DNA of 64,000 bases. It comes from Chloroflexota bacterium. Its GTDB lineage: Bacteria > Chloroflexota > UBA11872 > VXOZ01. A program made the translations under genes and the position numbers. Positions 26,986 through 35,736 of the stretch are shown here, piece by piece (positions within the stretch are counted from its first letter, which is position 1; each line of letters opens with the position of its first letter). The notes under the pieces are model-generated. The model was not told the origin of the DNA and did no database searches. It was given only the letters and a program-made list of their open reading frames with translations. The stretch spans positions 20,070-84,069 of the forward strand of contig JAPOQA010000021.1 in the NCBI GenBank assembly GCA_026710945.1, in the 5' to 3' direction.

Positions 26986-27017
26986 GAGTAGGGGCACGAC
27001 ATGTCGTGCCCCTACTC
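26986..27017. repeat. Perfect 32-bp palindrome (GTAGGGGCACGACATGTCGTGCCCCTAC core), likely terminator of the SBP gene
   Basis: GAGTAGGGGCACGACA|TGTCGTGCCCCTACTC, lying 50 bp downstream of the stop at 27068. An identical 28-bp core occurs at 35646-35673. Confidence 0.7.
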
Positions 27018-27067
27018 GTCATTCTCCAAGCATGGAGATCAGTTTCGCGTACCCAAAAGGATCGGGC

Positions 27068-28459
27068 TTATCCTTCCCGATACTCTTCGGGTCGGCGATC
27101 GAGGACCTCGTTGAGGACATCAGCGGACTGGCGCAGGCCCTCAGCCACGGTGATTTCACCGCGTAGCGCCTGATACCATGGCTCGTTGGACGGGCCAAAG
27201 GCTTCGCTGAATTCCAGCACACGCGGGAACGGGCGGCCGCCGGCGGCCCAACCGTTCACAACCTGCTCTACCTGCGTGCCTTCGTAGCGTGCTGCCCACT
27301 TCGGGAACAGGCCGTGCCGGATGACCGGCGGCCAGGCAATGTAGCCGAAGTAGTCGGTTTCCTCGGCGCCCTCATCGCTGTGGATGTACTTGAGGAAGCT
27401 CCAAGCGGTTTCCTGGTCCGGCGAGAGAGTCATGAGAGAATAGCCATTCCCAACCAGGGTAGCAGTCTGGTTCTGGTCCCGCGGCGGCATGGCAATATCC
27501 AACGCGTCCTCCAAGTGCGACTTGGCGGCGTTGTAACGGAACATGCCGTTGAACTCCATGGCAAGGGCTCTTACTTCGAGAATGCCGATGCCGGACCTAC
27601 CGGCAGTAACCTTCTGGATGTCTTCGCTGGAAGGTGTGTACCGGTGCTTGAGGTGGAGGTCCACATTAAACTGAGCGCCGCGCAGCGACAATGGGTCTTC
27701 GCCGTAGAGCGCCTTGGTGTCGTTCTCGTTCATGATGGCCCCGCCAAAGTTGAGCAGGAAGGTGCCGCCCATGTACCAGAGGCTATTCTGGCCCACTTGC
27801 ATCGCCCAGCGGCCGTCGTCCGGCTTATGGAGCCGCTCGGCCATGGCGAGCAGGTCGTCGTAGGTCCAATCGCCACCGGGGTAGTTCAGGCCGGCTTCGT
27901 CGAAGTACTCCTTGTTGAAGAGCACCACTTCGCCGCCGGACTGCATGGGTACGGCGTAGAGCTTATTCTGCCAGGTCCAAGATCGCAGGTCGGCTTGAAA
28001 GTAATCTTCCAACGAAATCTTATCGCGCTGGAAGTAAGGGATGTGGTCCGGGAAAATGCCCCGCAAGCCACCATAGCCGTACCAGTTGATCTGGTTGATA
28101 GAGAGGTCCACGTCGGCCTGTCCGGCCGCGTGGTTCGTCTGCCGTCGTTCCCAAATCGTGCTGTACTCGCCGGGGACGACCTCGGTCTTGATTCCCAGCG
28201 CTTCCTCGGCTTGCGCCAAGGTATTCCGGAACGCCTGATAGCGACCATCGGATTCGACGAAGGTCTCGTCAATCCGCATGATCTTCTCTTCCATCGCCAT
28301 CTCTTCTTTGGCCTCGGGCTCTGGCTCTTTGTCTTCGGCCATCTCGCCAGTCTCCGCGACCGGAACTGCGCCGCAAGCTGCCAAGAAGACCACACCACCG
28401 AGACCGCCTGCGCCCACCAAGATTCCGCGGCGGGAAAAGACGTGTCGCTTCTCTTCCAT
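27068..28459 (-). CDS. ABC-transporter extracellular solute-binding protein (family 1, sugar type), Tat-signal lipoprotein
   Basis: N-terminus SRRGILVGAGGLGGVVFLAAC combines a twin-Arg motif with a lipobox Cys. An acidic linker follows. The body matches the SBP_bac_1 pattern (...YAVPMQSGGEVVLFNKEYFDEAG...). Confidence 0.85.
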   Translation of the reverse strand: MEEKRHVFSRRGILVGAGGLGGVVFLAACGAVPVAETGEMAEDKEPEPEAKEEMAMEEKIMRIDETFVESDGRYQAFRNTLAQAEEALGIKTEVVPGEYSTIWERRQTNHAAGQADVDLSINQINWYGYGGLRGIFPDHIPYFQRDKISLEDYFQADLRSWTWQNKLYAVPMQSGGEVVLFNKEYFDEAGLNYPGGDWTYDDLLAMAERLHKPDDGRWAMQVGQNSLWYMGGTFLLNFGGAIMNENDTKALYGEDPLSLRGAQFNVDLHLKHRYTPSSEDIQKVTAGRSGIGILEVRALAMEFNGMFRYNAAKSHLEDALDIAMPPRDQNQTATLVGNGYSLMTLSPDQETAWSFLKYIHSDEGAEETDYFGYIAWPPVIRHGLFPKWAARYEGTQVEQVVNGWAAGGRPFPRVLEFSEAFGPSNEPWYQALRGEITVAEGLRQSADVLNEVLDRRPEEYREG

Positions 28460-28809
28460 TATCTAAACTCCTAATTTAGCCACTTCCCCGTGAAGTGACA
28501 CATAACGGGACTATACTGATGGAACTCTCTGGCCCGTAGGGCGGAATAGCCTCCTTTCCCCCTATCTTCACACTTGTTCGGGTAGCAGTAGTATCGCACA
28601 AGGGGTATTCCTCGTCAATACTGCTCTCCACGGCTCAGCATTCGAAGAAAAATCGCTGATTCTAAGGACGGAAACAGCATTCAGGCCGAGACTAATGGCT
28701 TGCATTTGCGGCAATGGACACTCCAGTCAGCCGCTAAAGTAGAGTCTTTCACTGTTCGCAGGGGGCAATGAATTCAAGAGAGCGCACAATGCATGAGGCA
28801 GAGAGAGTT

Positions 28810-30798
28810 CTAGTCGAGTTCCTCCACGGTGATGTCATCGAACCAGGCAGTACCCGCAGAACCAGGCTGAGCTGAGAGCACGACGCGGCAGCAGTAGACA
28901 TAAGGTGGTAAGGGCGGCGTGCAGACCTGGAGTCGCGTCCAACCATGCGTCCCGGTAAGCGGTTGCGATTGCACGCGATCAATGAACCCCATGTCGCCGC
29001 TCCACTCAAGCGAGATGGTCATGCCGCCGCGCACATCTTCTGTGCGCACCCAGGCTTCGAGCGCGTAGCGCTTGCCGGCAGCATCTGCCAAGAGCTTGCC
29101 GTCGTCCTTAAGCACCCGGCGAATCGCCGGGACAACGGGTTCTTCACCGGACCGGTGCCAGCGAATGCTCTGTTTACTTGAGCGTATCGTCGCCGAATCG
29201 CGTGAGAATTGGTTTCGCGGCAATATCCAGCGCGCCTCCCCTTCCGCCATGCCTGCGACCACTGTGCCTGCTGGAGGGAGATCGGGGAAGGAATACTGTG
29301 GGCTGGCGGCAGGAAGCGGAGCGAGCGCCGCTTCAGGTTTGCTCAATGTCAGTGTGTCGAACAGATTGCCATCGGAATCTATGGCGCGTACCTGACACTC
29401 ATCGGGTGCCACCGAGGTCAGCAGAATGTGGTTCGTGGGCTTGGCTAGCGCAGAGACGGGGTGCAGGTGGTCCCAGAGTTCGCTTGGCGACAGCCTCATG
29501 TCGTAGCCGCCGCCGCCCGACACGAAATAGACTACGCCGCCCTGGCTGGCGTACTGCCCATTGCGCAGCGGATGAAACCGCTCGTAAATCGTCGCATGGG
29601 CGGTGTAGACGATATCCACGCCGTAGCGTTCGAACAATGGGCAGAGCACACGGGTCGCCGGAATCTCGCAGTTGTTCGAACAAAACGGCGGATGATGGAA
29701 GACGACGAACTTCCAGCGCGCATTCTGAAAGGTCTTGAGGTCGTGCTCCAGCCAGTGCCACTGCTCGGAGCCAGGCCGGTAGTCCATGTTGCTATTGAGC
29801 ACAGAGAAGTGTGCCGCGCCGTAGTTGAAGGAATACCAATAGTGGGGTTCTGGAAAATTGAAATAACGAAAGTACCCTTCATTGGGCGAGTCGTGATTTC
29901 CCATCGCCGCGAACCACGGGGTGTACGGCAGCAGGTTTTCTGTACAGGCGAAAAAGTCGCCAAACCGCGCTATCTCATCCTGAGCATGGTCTCCGGCGCC
30001 GACACAGATGTCCGCCCGATAGGCGCGGGCGAGGTCGGCATTGCGGCGGTGGGCGTCATTCACGCGGAGGCTGTCGCCGTAGGTGGCGAAGGAGAAAGGC
30101 GAGTCTTCGCGCACGGCGGTGCGAAAGCTGGCGCCGGCTGAGGTGACTGTTACGCTACCGGGAGAGCGATTCGCATATTCCCGGCCGGCAGGGGAGGAGT
30201 TCCCCTCACCCCGGCCCTCTCCCCAGGGAGAGGGAGTGGAAGGCGCGCCCGAGAGAGAGGGAGCGGATGGCGCACCCGAGGGAGAGGGAGCGGACGGCGC
30301 AGCCGAGAGAGAGGGAGTGGATGGCGCAGCCGAGAGAGAGGGAGTGGATGGCGCACCCGAGGGAGAGGGAGTGGACGGCGCGCCCGAGAGAGAGGGAGTG
30401 GATGGCGCGCCCGAGGGAGAGGGAGTGGACGGCGCGCCCGAGAGAGAGGGAGCGGATGGCGCACCCGAGAGAGAGGGAGCGGATGGCGCAGCGCTCGCTG
30501 GATTGCGGCTTCTTGGCTGAGTTTCGCAAGGGTCTTCGGGGAAAGAGGAAGAGACCCGGTAGAAGTAGTCCTGTTCGGGCTCCAAGCCCGTGAGACGCAC
30601 GGCGTGAACCGTGCGCAGTGCGCGGTCTTCCTCGCGGCACGGATACGTTGGTTGCGGTCTGCCTGCATAGGCGCTCCAGCCCAGTCGCGCGCTCTGCTCA
30701 AACTCCACCAGGGACATGGCGGGCTCGTCGGTGTGCCACATGATTGTGATGGCGTCCCTCGCCACATTCTGCAGGTAGGGGCCGGCAGTGATTCTCAT
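28810..30798 (-). CDS. Purple-acid-phosphatase-like metallophosphoesterase with an internal Ser/Pro/Ala repeat and a C-terminal beta-sandwich (CBM-like) domain
   Basis: PAP N-terminal FN3-like segment (GPYLQNV...ITIMWHTDEP...YFYRV). Metallophosphatase motifs ATYGD, GAGDH, GNHD and VFHHPP are present. The start is set at MRITAGPY, just downstream of the Kelch gene stop. Confidence 0.8.
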   Translation of the reverse strand: MRITAGPYLQNVARDAITIMWHTDEPAMSLVEFEQSARLGWSAYAGRPQPTYPCREEDRALRTVHAVRLTGLEPEQDYFYRVSSSFPEDPCETQPRSRNPASAAPSAPSLSGAPSAPSLSGAPSTPSPSGAPSTPSLSGAPSTPSPSGAPSTPSLSAAPSTPSLSAAPSAPSPSGAPSAPSLSGAPSTPSPWGEGRGEGNSSPAGREYANRSPGSVTVTSAGASFRTAVREDSPFSFATYGDSLRVNDAHRRNADLARAYRADICVGAGDHAQDEIARFGDFFACTENLLPYTPWFAAMGNHDSPNEGYFRYFNFPEPHYWYSFNYGAAHFSVLNSNMDYRPGSEQWHWLEHDLKTFQNARWKFVVFHHPPFCSNNCEIPATRVLCPLFERYGVDIVYTAHATIYERFHPLRNGQYASQGGVVYFVSGGGGYDMRLSPSELWDHLHPVSALAKPTNHILLTSVAPDECQVRAIDSDGNLFDTLTLSKPEAALAPLPAASPQYSFPDLPPAGTVVAGMAEGEARWILPRNQFSRDSATIRSSKQSIRWHRSGEEPVVPAIRRVLKDDGKLLADAAGKRYALEAWVRTEDVRGGMTISLEWSGDMGFIDRVQSQPLTGTHGWTRLQVCTPPLPPYVYCCRVVLSAQPGSAGTAWFDDITVEELD
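30215..30498. repeat. Tandem array of about ten 27-bp units, in frame inside the phosphoesterase CDS
   Basis: GGCGC[G/A][C/G]CCGAG[A/G]GAGAGGGAG[C/T]GGA[T/C] units start at 30242, 30269, 30296 and so on to 30458, with an exact 27-bp period. They encode (APS[A/T]PS[L/P]S[G/A])n. The array is bordered by the hairpin CCCTCTCC CCAG GGAGAGGG at 30215-30234. Confidence 0.9.
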
Positions 30799-30803
30799 GG
30801 GTC

Positions 30804-31724
30804 TTACCGCTGGTATGACCACACGTCGTTGTAGAGGGTGTCGCCGAAGCCGCCTATCACCCACAGCTTGTCACGGTATGTGAGGCAGACCGGCGCATGG
30901 CGAATCGGCCAGATTGGATCGCCCACGGCTTCCGTCCACTGCGCGCCGTCCGGGGAGAACCACACGTCGTTGCGGTTGTCGTTGTGGTGGCCCCCGATGA
31001 TCCACATCTTGTCGTCATACACGGCGGATGCGTGGAAGCGCCGCTCCTGCCAGGCTGCGGTCACTGCCACCATGTCCCACGATGTGCCGTCGGTAGTGCA
31101 CCAGACGTCGTTGTGGTTCACCACGGTGTTATTGGGATAGTTCGTGTTGTACACGCCGCCGCCCATGAGCCACATCCTGCCGTCAAAGACTACGGAGGTC
31201 TGCATGCTGCGGGCACTCCACGGCGCATGCTCATCCACCAGGTCCCAGTGCTTGCCGTCGGTCGAAGTCCAAACGTCCTGGTAGTGGTGAAACTTCTCGA
31301 TATTGAACCCGCCGAACAGCCACATTCTGCCGTCGAATACGACTGCTGAAGCGGCACTCCGTTTGCCCCAAGGCGCGTCTAGCGTTGCGACCTCCCAATG
31401 CTTGCCGTCGCCCGAACACCATACATCGTTATGTGAGACGTGCGGTTTATCCGCACCGGCAAAGATCCAGAGCTTGTCATCGTAGACGAGCGTACAGGGC
31501 AGGTTGCGCTTGGGCCAAGGCGCGGCGGGCGTCACCTCTTCCCAATTGACGCCGTCGCCAGACGACCAGACGTCATTGACTCGAGTGGGGATAAAGCCGC
31601 CCATGAACCACATCTTGTCTTGGAAGACGGCCCAGCCCATCGAGTCACGTTTAGTCCAAGGGGCTTCGGCTGTTTCTTGATTCCAAGCGATCGCAATCGC
31701 CTGGCCTGCTGAATCCGATTGCAT
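30804..31724 (-). CDS. Six-bladed Kelch-type beta-propeller protein
   Basis: Six repeats of about 48 aa with the pattern W..R....VF.gkMW..GG......NDVW.S.DG..W......APW. Confidence 0.8.
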   Translation of the reverse strand: MQSDSAGQAIAIAWNQETAEAPWTKRDSMGWAVFQDKMWFMGGFIPTRVNDVWSSGDGVNWEEVTPAAPWPKRNLPCTLVYDDKLWIFAGADKPHVSHNDVWCSGDGKHWEVATLDAPWGKRSAASAVVFDGRMWLFGGFNIEKFHHYQDVWTSTDGKHWDLVDEHAPWSARSMQTSVVFDGRMWLMGGGVYNTNYPNNTVVNHNDVWCTTDGTSWDMVAVTAAWQERRFHASAVYDDKMWIIGGHHNDNRNDVWFSPDGAQWTEAVGDPIWPIRHAPVCLTYRDKLWVIGGFGDTLYNDVWSYQR

Positions 31725-32106
31725 CTGCTACCTCGTTTCTGCGCTTTGCGGTTTGGGACCTGCTGGTTGTGAATACAATAGCAGACAAGAGGGGCTTGAA
31801 GTGCCTGGGTGCGTGGTTGACCATGTTCCATGATTAAGGAAAGCAAAGCACACGAGCCGAGTGTCTCGCTCCGCGCACTCTGTGTGTGTTTACCGACTTA
31901 TGGTCTGTTCGTCCAGCGCGGTTGCCTCAGGTACTGCAAGCGCTGCCACGGTAACGGGGCAGAGACCACGTTCGCCGCTGTGCCGGGAGGCAGTCGGGGT
32001 GCCAAGACTTGGCAAATGCCCTGCCCCCTCGGATCTTTGCATCCGCTGCCAGCGCACACGAAGGAAAGTGTGTCATCCCCTCGTCGAAGATTATCGCGGT
32101 GCGTGT

Positions 32107-33621
32107 CTATGCGGCCTCGGTCTTGGCTATGCCTTGATCAAACGCTTCTTGCACCTCGGCAGACGGAGCTTTGGTTACGAGCGTGACCAGCACGGCTATC
32201 GGCAATATGCCGAGCGTAAGTACGCCAAAGACGATGAACCTGACATCCATGAACGCGCATACCAGGGTCAAGAGCCCGCCGGCAACGAGCGCGGCCATCG
32301 CGCCATAGAGGTTGAACCGGCGCCAAAAGAGTGATAGAAAGACTACCGGCCCGAACGTACAGCCCGTGCCCAACCAGGCGTAAACCAGAAAGGTGACGAT
32401 TGAGTTGGGCTGGCTCAAAGCGAGCAGCCAGGCCACGACACCGATGAGAATCAGCATCAGGCGGCCGATCCAGACACGCATGTAGGCGCCTAGGACGAAT
32501 TCAAAGCGCTTGCGCTGCGCATACCTGCGTACGAGCGGCAGGTCGGAAGTGGCGACACTGGCGCCAATGAGCATCTGCGAGTCGATCGTGCTCATCACCG
32601 CAGCGACAACGGCGGTGAGGGCAACCGCGCCCAGGATGGGACTATCGATGAGATCAGCCAACCAGTAGAAGAACTGAATCCCATTCTCACTTGCAGAACC
32701 GCCGGACAAAACCAGGCGAATTCCCCCTTGCGGCAAGGCGTTCTCGGCGAAAAGTCCGAGAACGACGCTGAAGGCAAAGATGATGAAGATCCATAGCGTG
32801 CTTAGTCGGCGGCTGGTATCCATGATGGCTTCGCTCTCGGCTGCCATGAAGCGCTGCAACAGCCGCTGCGCGCCAAACGCCCCTTGCACTGTTGCTACCA
32901 AAAAGAGCACAAAGAGGAATACATTTACTGTATCGCCAATGGTACCGAAGGTATCGCCGAAGGAGTCTGCAATGCCTGCAGTCGGGTTGTCAGTGACCAC
33001 GTACACGGCGACTGTCAGGACCACCACGCCAAGCAACGTAATAATGCTTTGAAAGACATCCGTGCGCGCGACCACCACGTAGCCACCGATGAAAATGTAT
33101 GCCAGCACGACGAGTACTGTTATGAGTCCACCAACTGCGGTGCTCACACCGAACGCAATATTGAAGAGAATGCCGCCGGCCATGATACCCGCGCTCACAT
33201 AGAAGAGTACGAACAGCAGCGTTAGGATGGCCGCGAGTACGCGTAAGACACCGGTGCGGTCATTGAAGCGCCGCTCCAAGAATTCCGGCAGGGTGAGCGC
33301 GTTTTGAGCGGCGTATGTAAAGCGGCGCAGCCGGGGCCCGATCAACTTCCAGGTTGCCCACAAGCCGATAATGATCGCGATTGCCATTCCCACAACCAAA
33401 AAGCGCAAACCGAAGGCAATCGCGGGCAGTATAAACAGCGCCCAACCGCGCTCTAATGACGAGCTCGCGCTCAGACCGGTTGTGATTGCGCCCACGCGCC
33501 TGCCTGCAAGCACGTGGTCCGCCATCTCTTGCGTTTGGTTGGTGCGGTAAAGCGAAATCCCTATGACTACGAGGACATAGACAATGAAGAATATAAGGAG
33601 CGATTGGTCTAACTGTGACAC
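32107..33621 (-). CDS. Sodium:solute symporter family (SSF) transporter
   Basis: 504 aa with about 13 TM helices. The N-terminal region ...YRTNQTQEMADHVLAGRRVGAITTGLSASSS... is typical of the PutP/SSF family. GTG start. Confidence 0.85.
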   Translation of the reverse strand: MSQLDQSLLIFFIVYVLVVIGISLYRTNQTQEMADHVLAGRRVGAITTGLSASSSLERGWALFILPAIAFGLRFLVVGMAIAIIIGLWATWKLIGPRLRRFTYAAQNALTLPEFLERRFNDRTGVLRVLAAILTLLFVLFYVSAGIMAGGILFNIAFGVSTAVGGLITVLVVLAYIFIGGYVVVARTDVFQSIITLLGVVVLTVAVYVVTDNPTAGIADSFGDTFGTIGDTVNVFLFVLFLVATVQGAFGAQRLLQRFMAAESEAIMDTSRRLSTLWIFIIFAFSVVLGLFAENALPQGGIRLVLSGGSASENGIQFFYWLADLIDSPILGAVALTAVVAAVMSTIDSQMLIGASVATSDLPLVRRYAQRKRFEFVLGAYMRVWIGRLMLILIGVVAWLLALSQPNSIVTFLVYAWLGTGCTFGPVVFLSLFWRRFNLYGAMAALVAGGLLTLVCAFMDVRFIVFGVLTLGILPIAVLVTLVTKAPSAEVQEAFDQGIAKTEAA

Positions 33622-33670
33622 GGCATTTCCTCTTTCCTTGTACTACGTTGTATCACGAAAAGATGTGTAT

Positions 33671-33699
33671 AGGGTACGGGGAGTCGGAGCGGCTGTCAA
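33671..33699 (-). promoter_or_regulatory. Candidate sigma-70-type promoter for the SSF transporter gene
   Basis: On the minus strand, TTGACA (33699-33694), a 17-nt spacer, then TACCCT (33676-33671), about 50 nt upstream of the GTG start. Found by pattern match only. Confidence 0.25.
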
Positions 33700-34254
33700 A
33701 CTCTTTTCCGATCCCATTCAGAGTGCTGACACGCGGCCTTCCCGTCTGCTGGGTAGCAAAGAGATCTCGGTAAAATGTCATTAGCAGATGAGAGTTGCGT
33801 GACTCCGGCTGTGAGGGGTGGCAGAGCAACTCACCTCATCTCGCGCAGCACATGAATAAGAGTCTCGAGCCAACCGCCGGCCCATGTCTGCAAAGCAGAA
33901 GTCGCACAGGATCATGAGCCGCTGGGGATGATTGGTAAGACACTGCTACTGGGTGCATGCCGCAACGCGTTGGGTTGTCTTACGGTTTCCACACTCTTTG
34001 CAGCGACCTTGCCGATATACCAAAAAGGCGCTCACATTACCGCCCTAGGTGCCTTGCCCCTGCGCACCTGCCGGATGGATTGACCGCAATGCAGAGGCAC
34101 AGAGACGCCGCTTCGGGCGCCGGCAAGACATGAGACTCGGGCACCTGCCCCGTGCTTGTGGGTGCCGCGCCTTCCGTCTAAGGTAGACGTATTGGGCGAG
34201 GCGGCCTCTTTACGCAAGCAGCCCTCTCATTTTGCCTCGCTGAGGTGGAGAATC

Positions 34255-35514
34255 GTGTTTACTTACACGCCACATGACCGGGAGCGCTTCCGGCCTGAAG
34301 AAGCCAAGGTCGCCGACGAGCGCGAAGAGTTCGAACGCGACCGCGCCCGCATAATTCACAGCGCCGCTTTCCGGCGGCTGCAAGGCAAGACGCAGGTATT
34401 CGGCGTGCGGTACGGCGATTTCTTTCGCACCCGGCTGACCCATTCATTAGAGGTGGCCCAAATCGGCAAAGGGCTGGCGATGCGGTTAGGCGTTGATTCT
34501 ACGTTGGTGGAAGCGATTTGCCTGGCTCACGACATCGGTCATCCACCGTTCGGCCATTACGGTGAGCAGGTCTTGCGTGCCGGCATGACAGGGCATGGCA
34601 GCTTTGAGGCGAACGCGCAAAACTTGCGTGTTCTCACCCAACTCGAAGTGAAGTCGGACCGCTACGTGGGCCTCAATCTCACCCGCAGCGTCTTGGATGG
34701 TCTCCTGAAGTACAAAGCGCTCCACGGCTCGCAACCCAATCTGAGCAAGTCCTGCTACGCCGAGGATGCGCCCTTGCTCGCATGGGTCTGCGAGAATGGT
34801 TCGGCGGTGGAGCGTTCATTTGAGTGCCAGATCATGAATTGGGCCGATGACGTGGCGTATTCAGCGCACGATCTGGAAGACGGTATTCACGTCGGGATGA
34901 TTACGTTGCAACACCTGCGGCGGCCTTCGAACCAAGATGCGGTCATGCAACGCGTGCGGGAAAGTGCCGAGGAACGCGGACACGCATGGTCGCCTGATGA
35001 TGTAGTGCGAGAACTAGACTGGCTGGCTGCCCGCCTGATCGAGTTGGAAGGATTGCCCACGCCGCGGCACGCGCGTGCCGCGCTCAAGGGCTTGACCTCA
35101 GGCTTGATCAACGAGTTCGTACGCTGCGCTCAGGGTGCGCCACGGTTGGGATGGACAGACGGCCAGTCGGAGCGGTATCGCTACGGCCTCATGGTCCCAG
35201 ACGCTCAGGAACGGCGCTGCGAAGTGCTCAAGCAAGTCGCCTTTGTCTTGGTGTTTGCCGAACCTCGGGTGACGACGCTGGCTTACAGAGCTCGCCACAT
35301 GGTCGAACGGCTCTTTGCCGTCTTTCAGGATGAGGCGAGCGCGGCCATGTATCCCTTGGAGTTTCAGGATAGTTTTGCCGCGGCCAGAGACGATGCTCAG
35401 CGTCGGCGCGTCGCCTGCGACTATATTGCTACAATGACCGACTTTCAAGCGGAACGGACCTATCAACGCCTCTTTGTGCCCGGATACGAGAGCATTCTCG
35501 ACCCGCTGGTGTGA
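34255..35514 (+). CDS. dgt: dGTP triphosphohydrolase-like HD-domain protein
   Basis: FERDRARIIHSAAFRRLQGKTQVF, RLTHSLEVAQIG and HDIGHPPFGH are Dgt-family motifs. The start is set at the GTG preceded by GGTGGAG. The track ORF extends 33 codons upstream. Confidence 0.85.
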   Translation: MFTYTPHDRERFRPEEAKVADEREEFERDRARIIHSAAFRRLQGKTQVFGVRYGDFFRTRLTHSLEVAQIGKGLAMRLGVDSTLVEAICLAHDIGHPPFGHYGEQVLRAGMTGHGSFEANAQNLRVLTQLEVKSDRYVGLNLTRSVLDGLLKYKALHGSQPNLSKSCYAEDAPLLAWVCENGSAVERSFECQIMNWADDVAYSAHDLEDGIHVGMITLQHLRRPSNQDAVMQRVRESAEERGHAWSPDDVVRELDWLAARLIELEGLPTPRHARAALKGLTSGLINEFVRCAQGAPRLGWTDGQSERYRYGLMVPDAQERRCEVLKQVAFVLVFAEPRVTTLAYRARHMVERLFAVFQDEASAAMYPLEFQDSFAAARDDAQRRRVACDYIATMTDFQAERTYQRLFVPGYESILDPLV

Positions 35515-35546
35515 ACAGCTATGGCCAACTGCGTTAGAATTGGGAG

Positions 35547-35584
35547 CCTACGTAGGGGCGGTTCGCGAACCGCCCCTACGTAGG
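35547..35584. repeat. Perfect 38-bp palindrome (CCTACGTAGGGGCGGTTCG|CGAACCGCCCCTACGTAGG)
   Basis: 19-bp arms with no mismatch, 33 bp after the dgt stop in a convergent intergenic region. It shares the GTAGGGGC core with the 32-bp palindromes. Confidence 0.7.
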
Positions 35585-35643
35585 CTGTCTGATTTTGAGC
35601 ATAGTCGGGTGCTGATTGCCGATATGACTTGATCAGTCGAGAT

Positions 35644-35675
35644 ATGTAGGGGCACGACATGTCGTGCCCCTACAT
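35644..35675. repeat. Perfect 32-bp palindrome, second copy of the GTAGGGGCACGACATGTCGTGCCCCTAC element
   Basis: ATGTAGGGGCACGACA|TGTCGTGCCCCTACAT. Its 28-bp core is identical to 26988-27015. It lies 62 bp downstream of the Gfo/Idh/MocA gene stop. Confidence 0.7.
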
Positions 35676-35736
35676 AATTTGCGAACAATTGTTGCTGCGC
35701 AGAGTTTCGCGCGCAACGCCCATAGGGTGCCGGCCT

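Noticed and set aside
30083-30767. Long ORFs in three alternative frames across the 27-bp repeat array (30083-30520 +, 30150-30767 -, 30206-30640 -, 30267-30593 +), and a possible CRISPR-like array.
   Set aside because: They are artefacts of a stop-free tandem repeat. Only the 28810-30798 minus frame connects recognisable PAP N-terminal and metallophosphatase domains on both sides. The units are contiguous with no spacers, so this is not a CRISPR.
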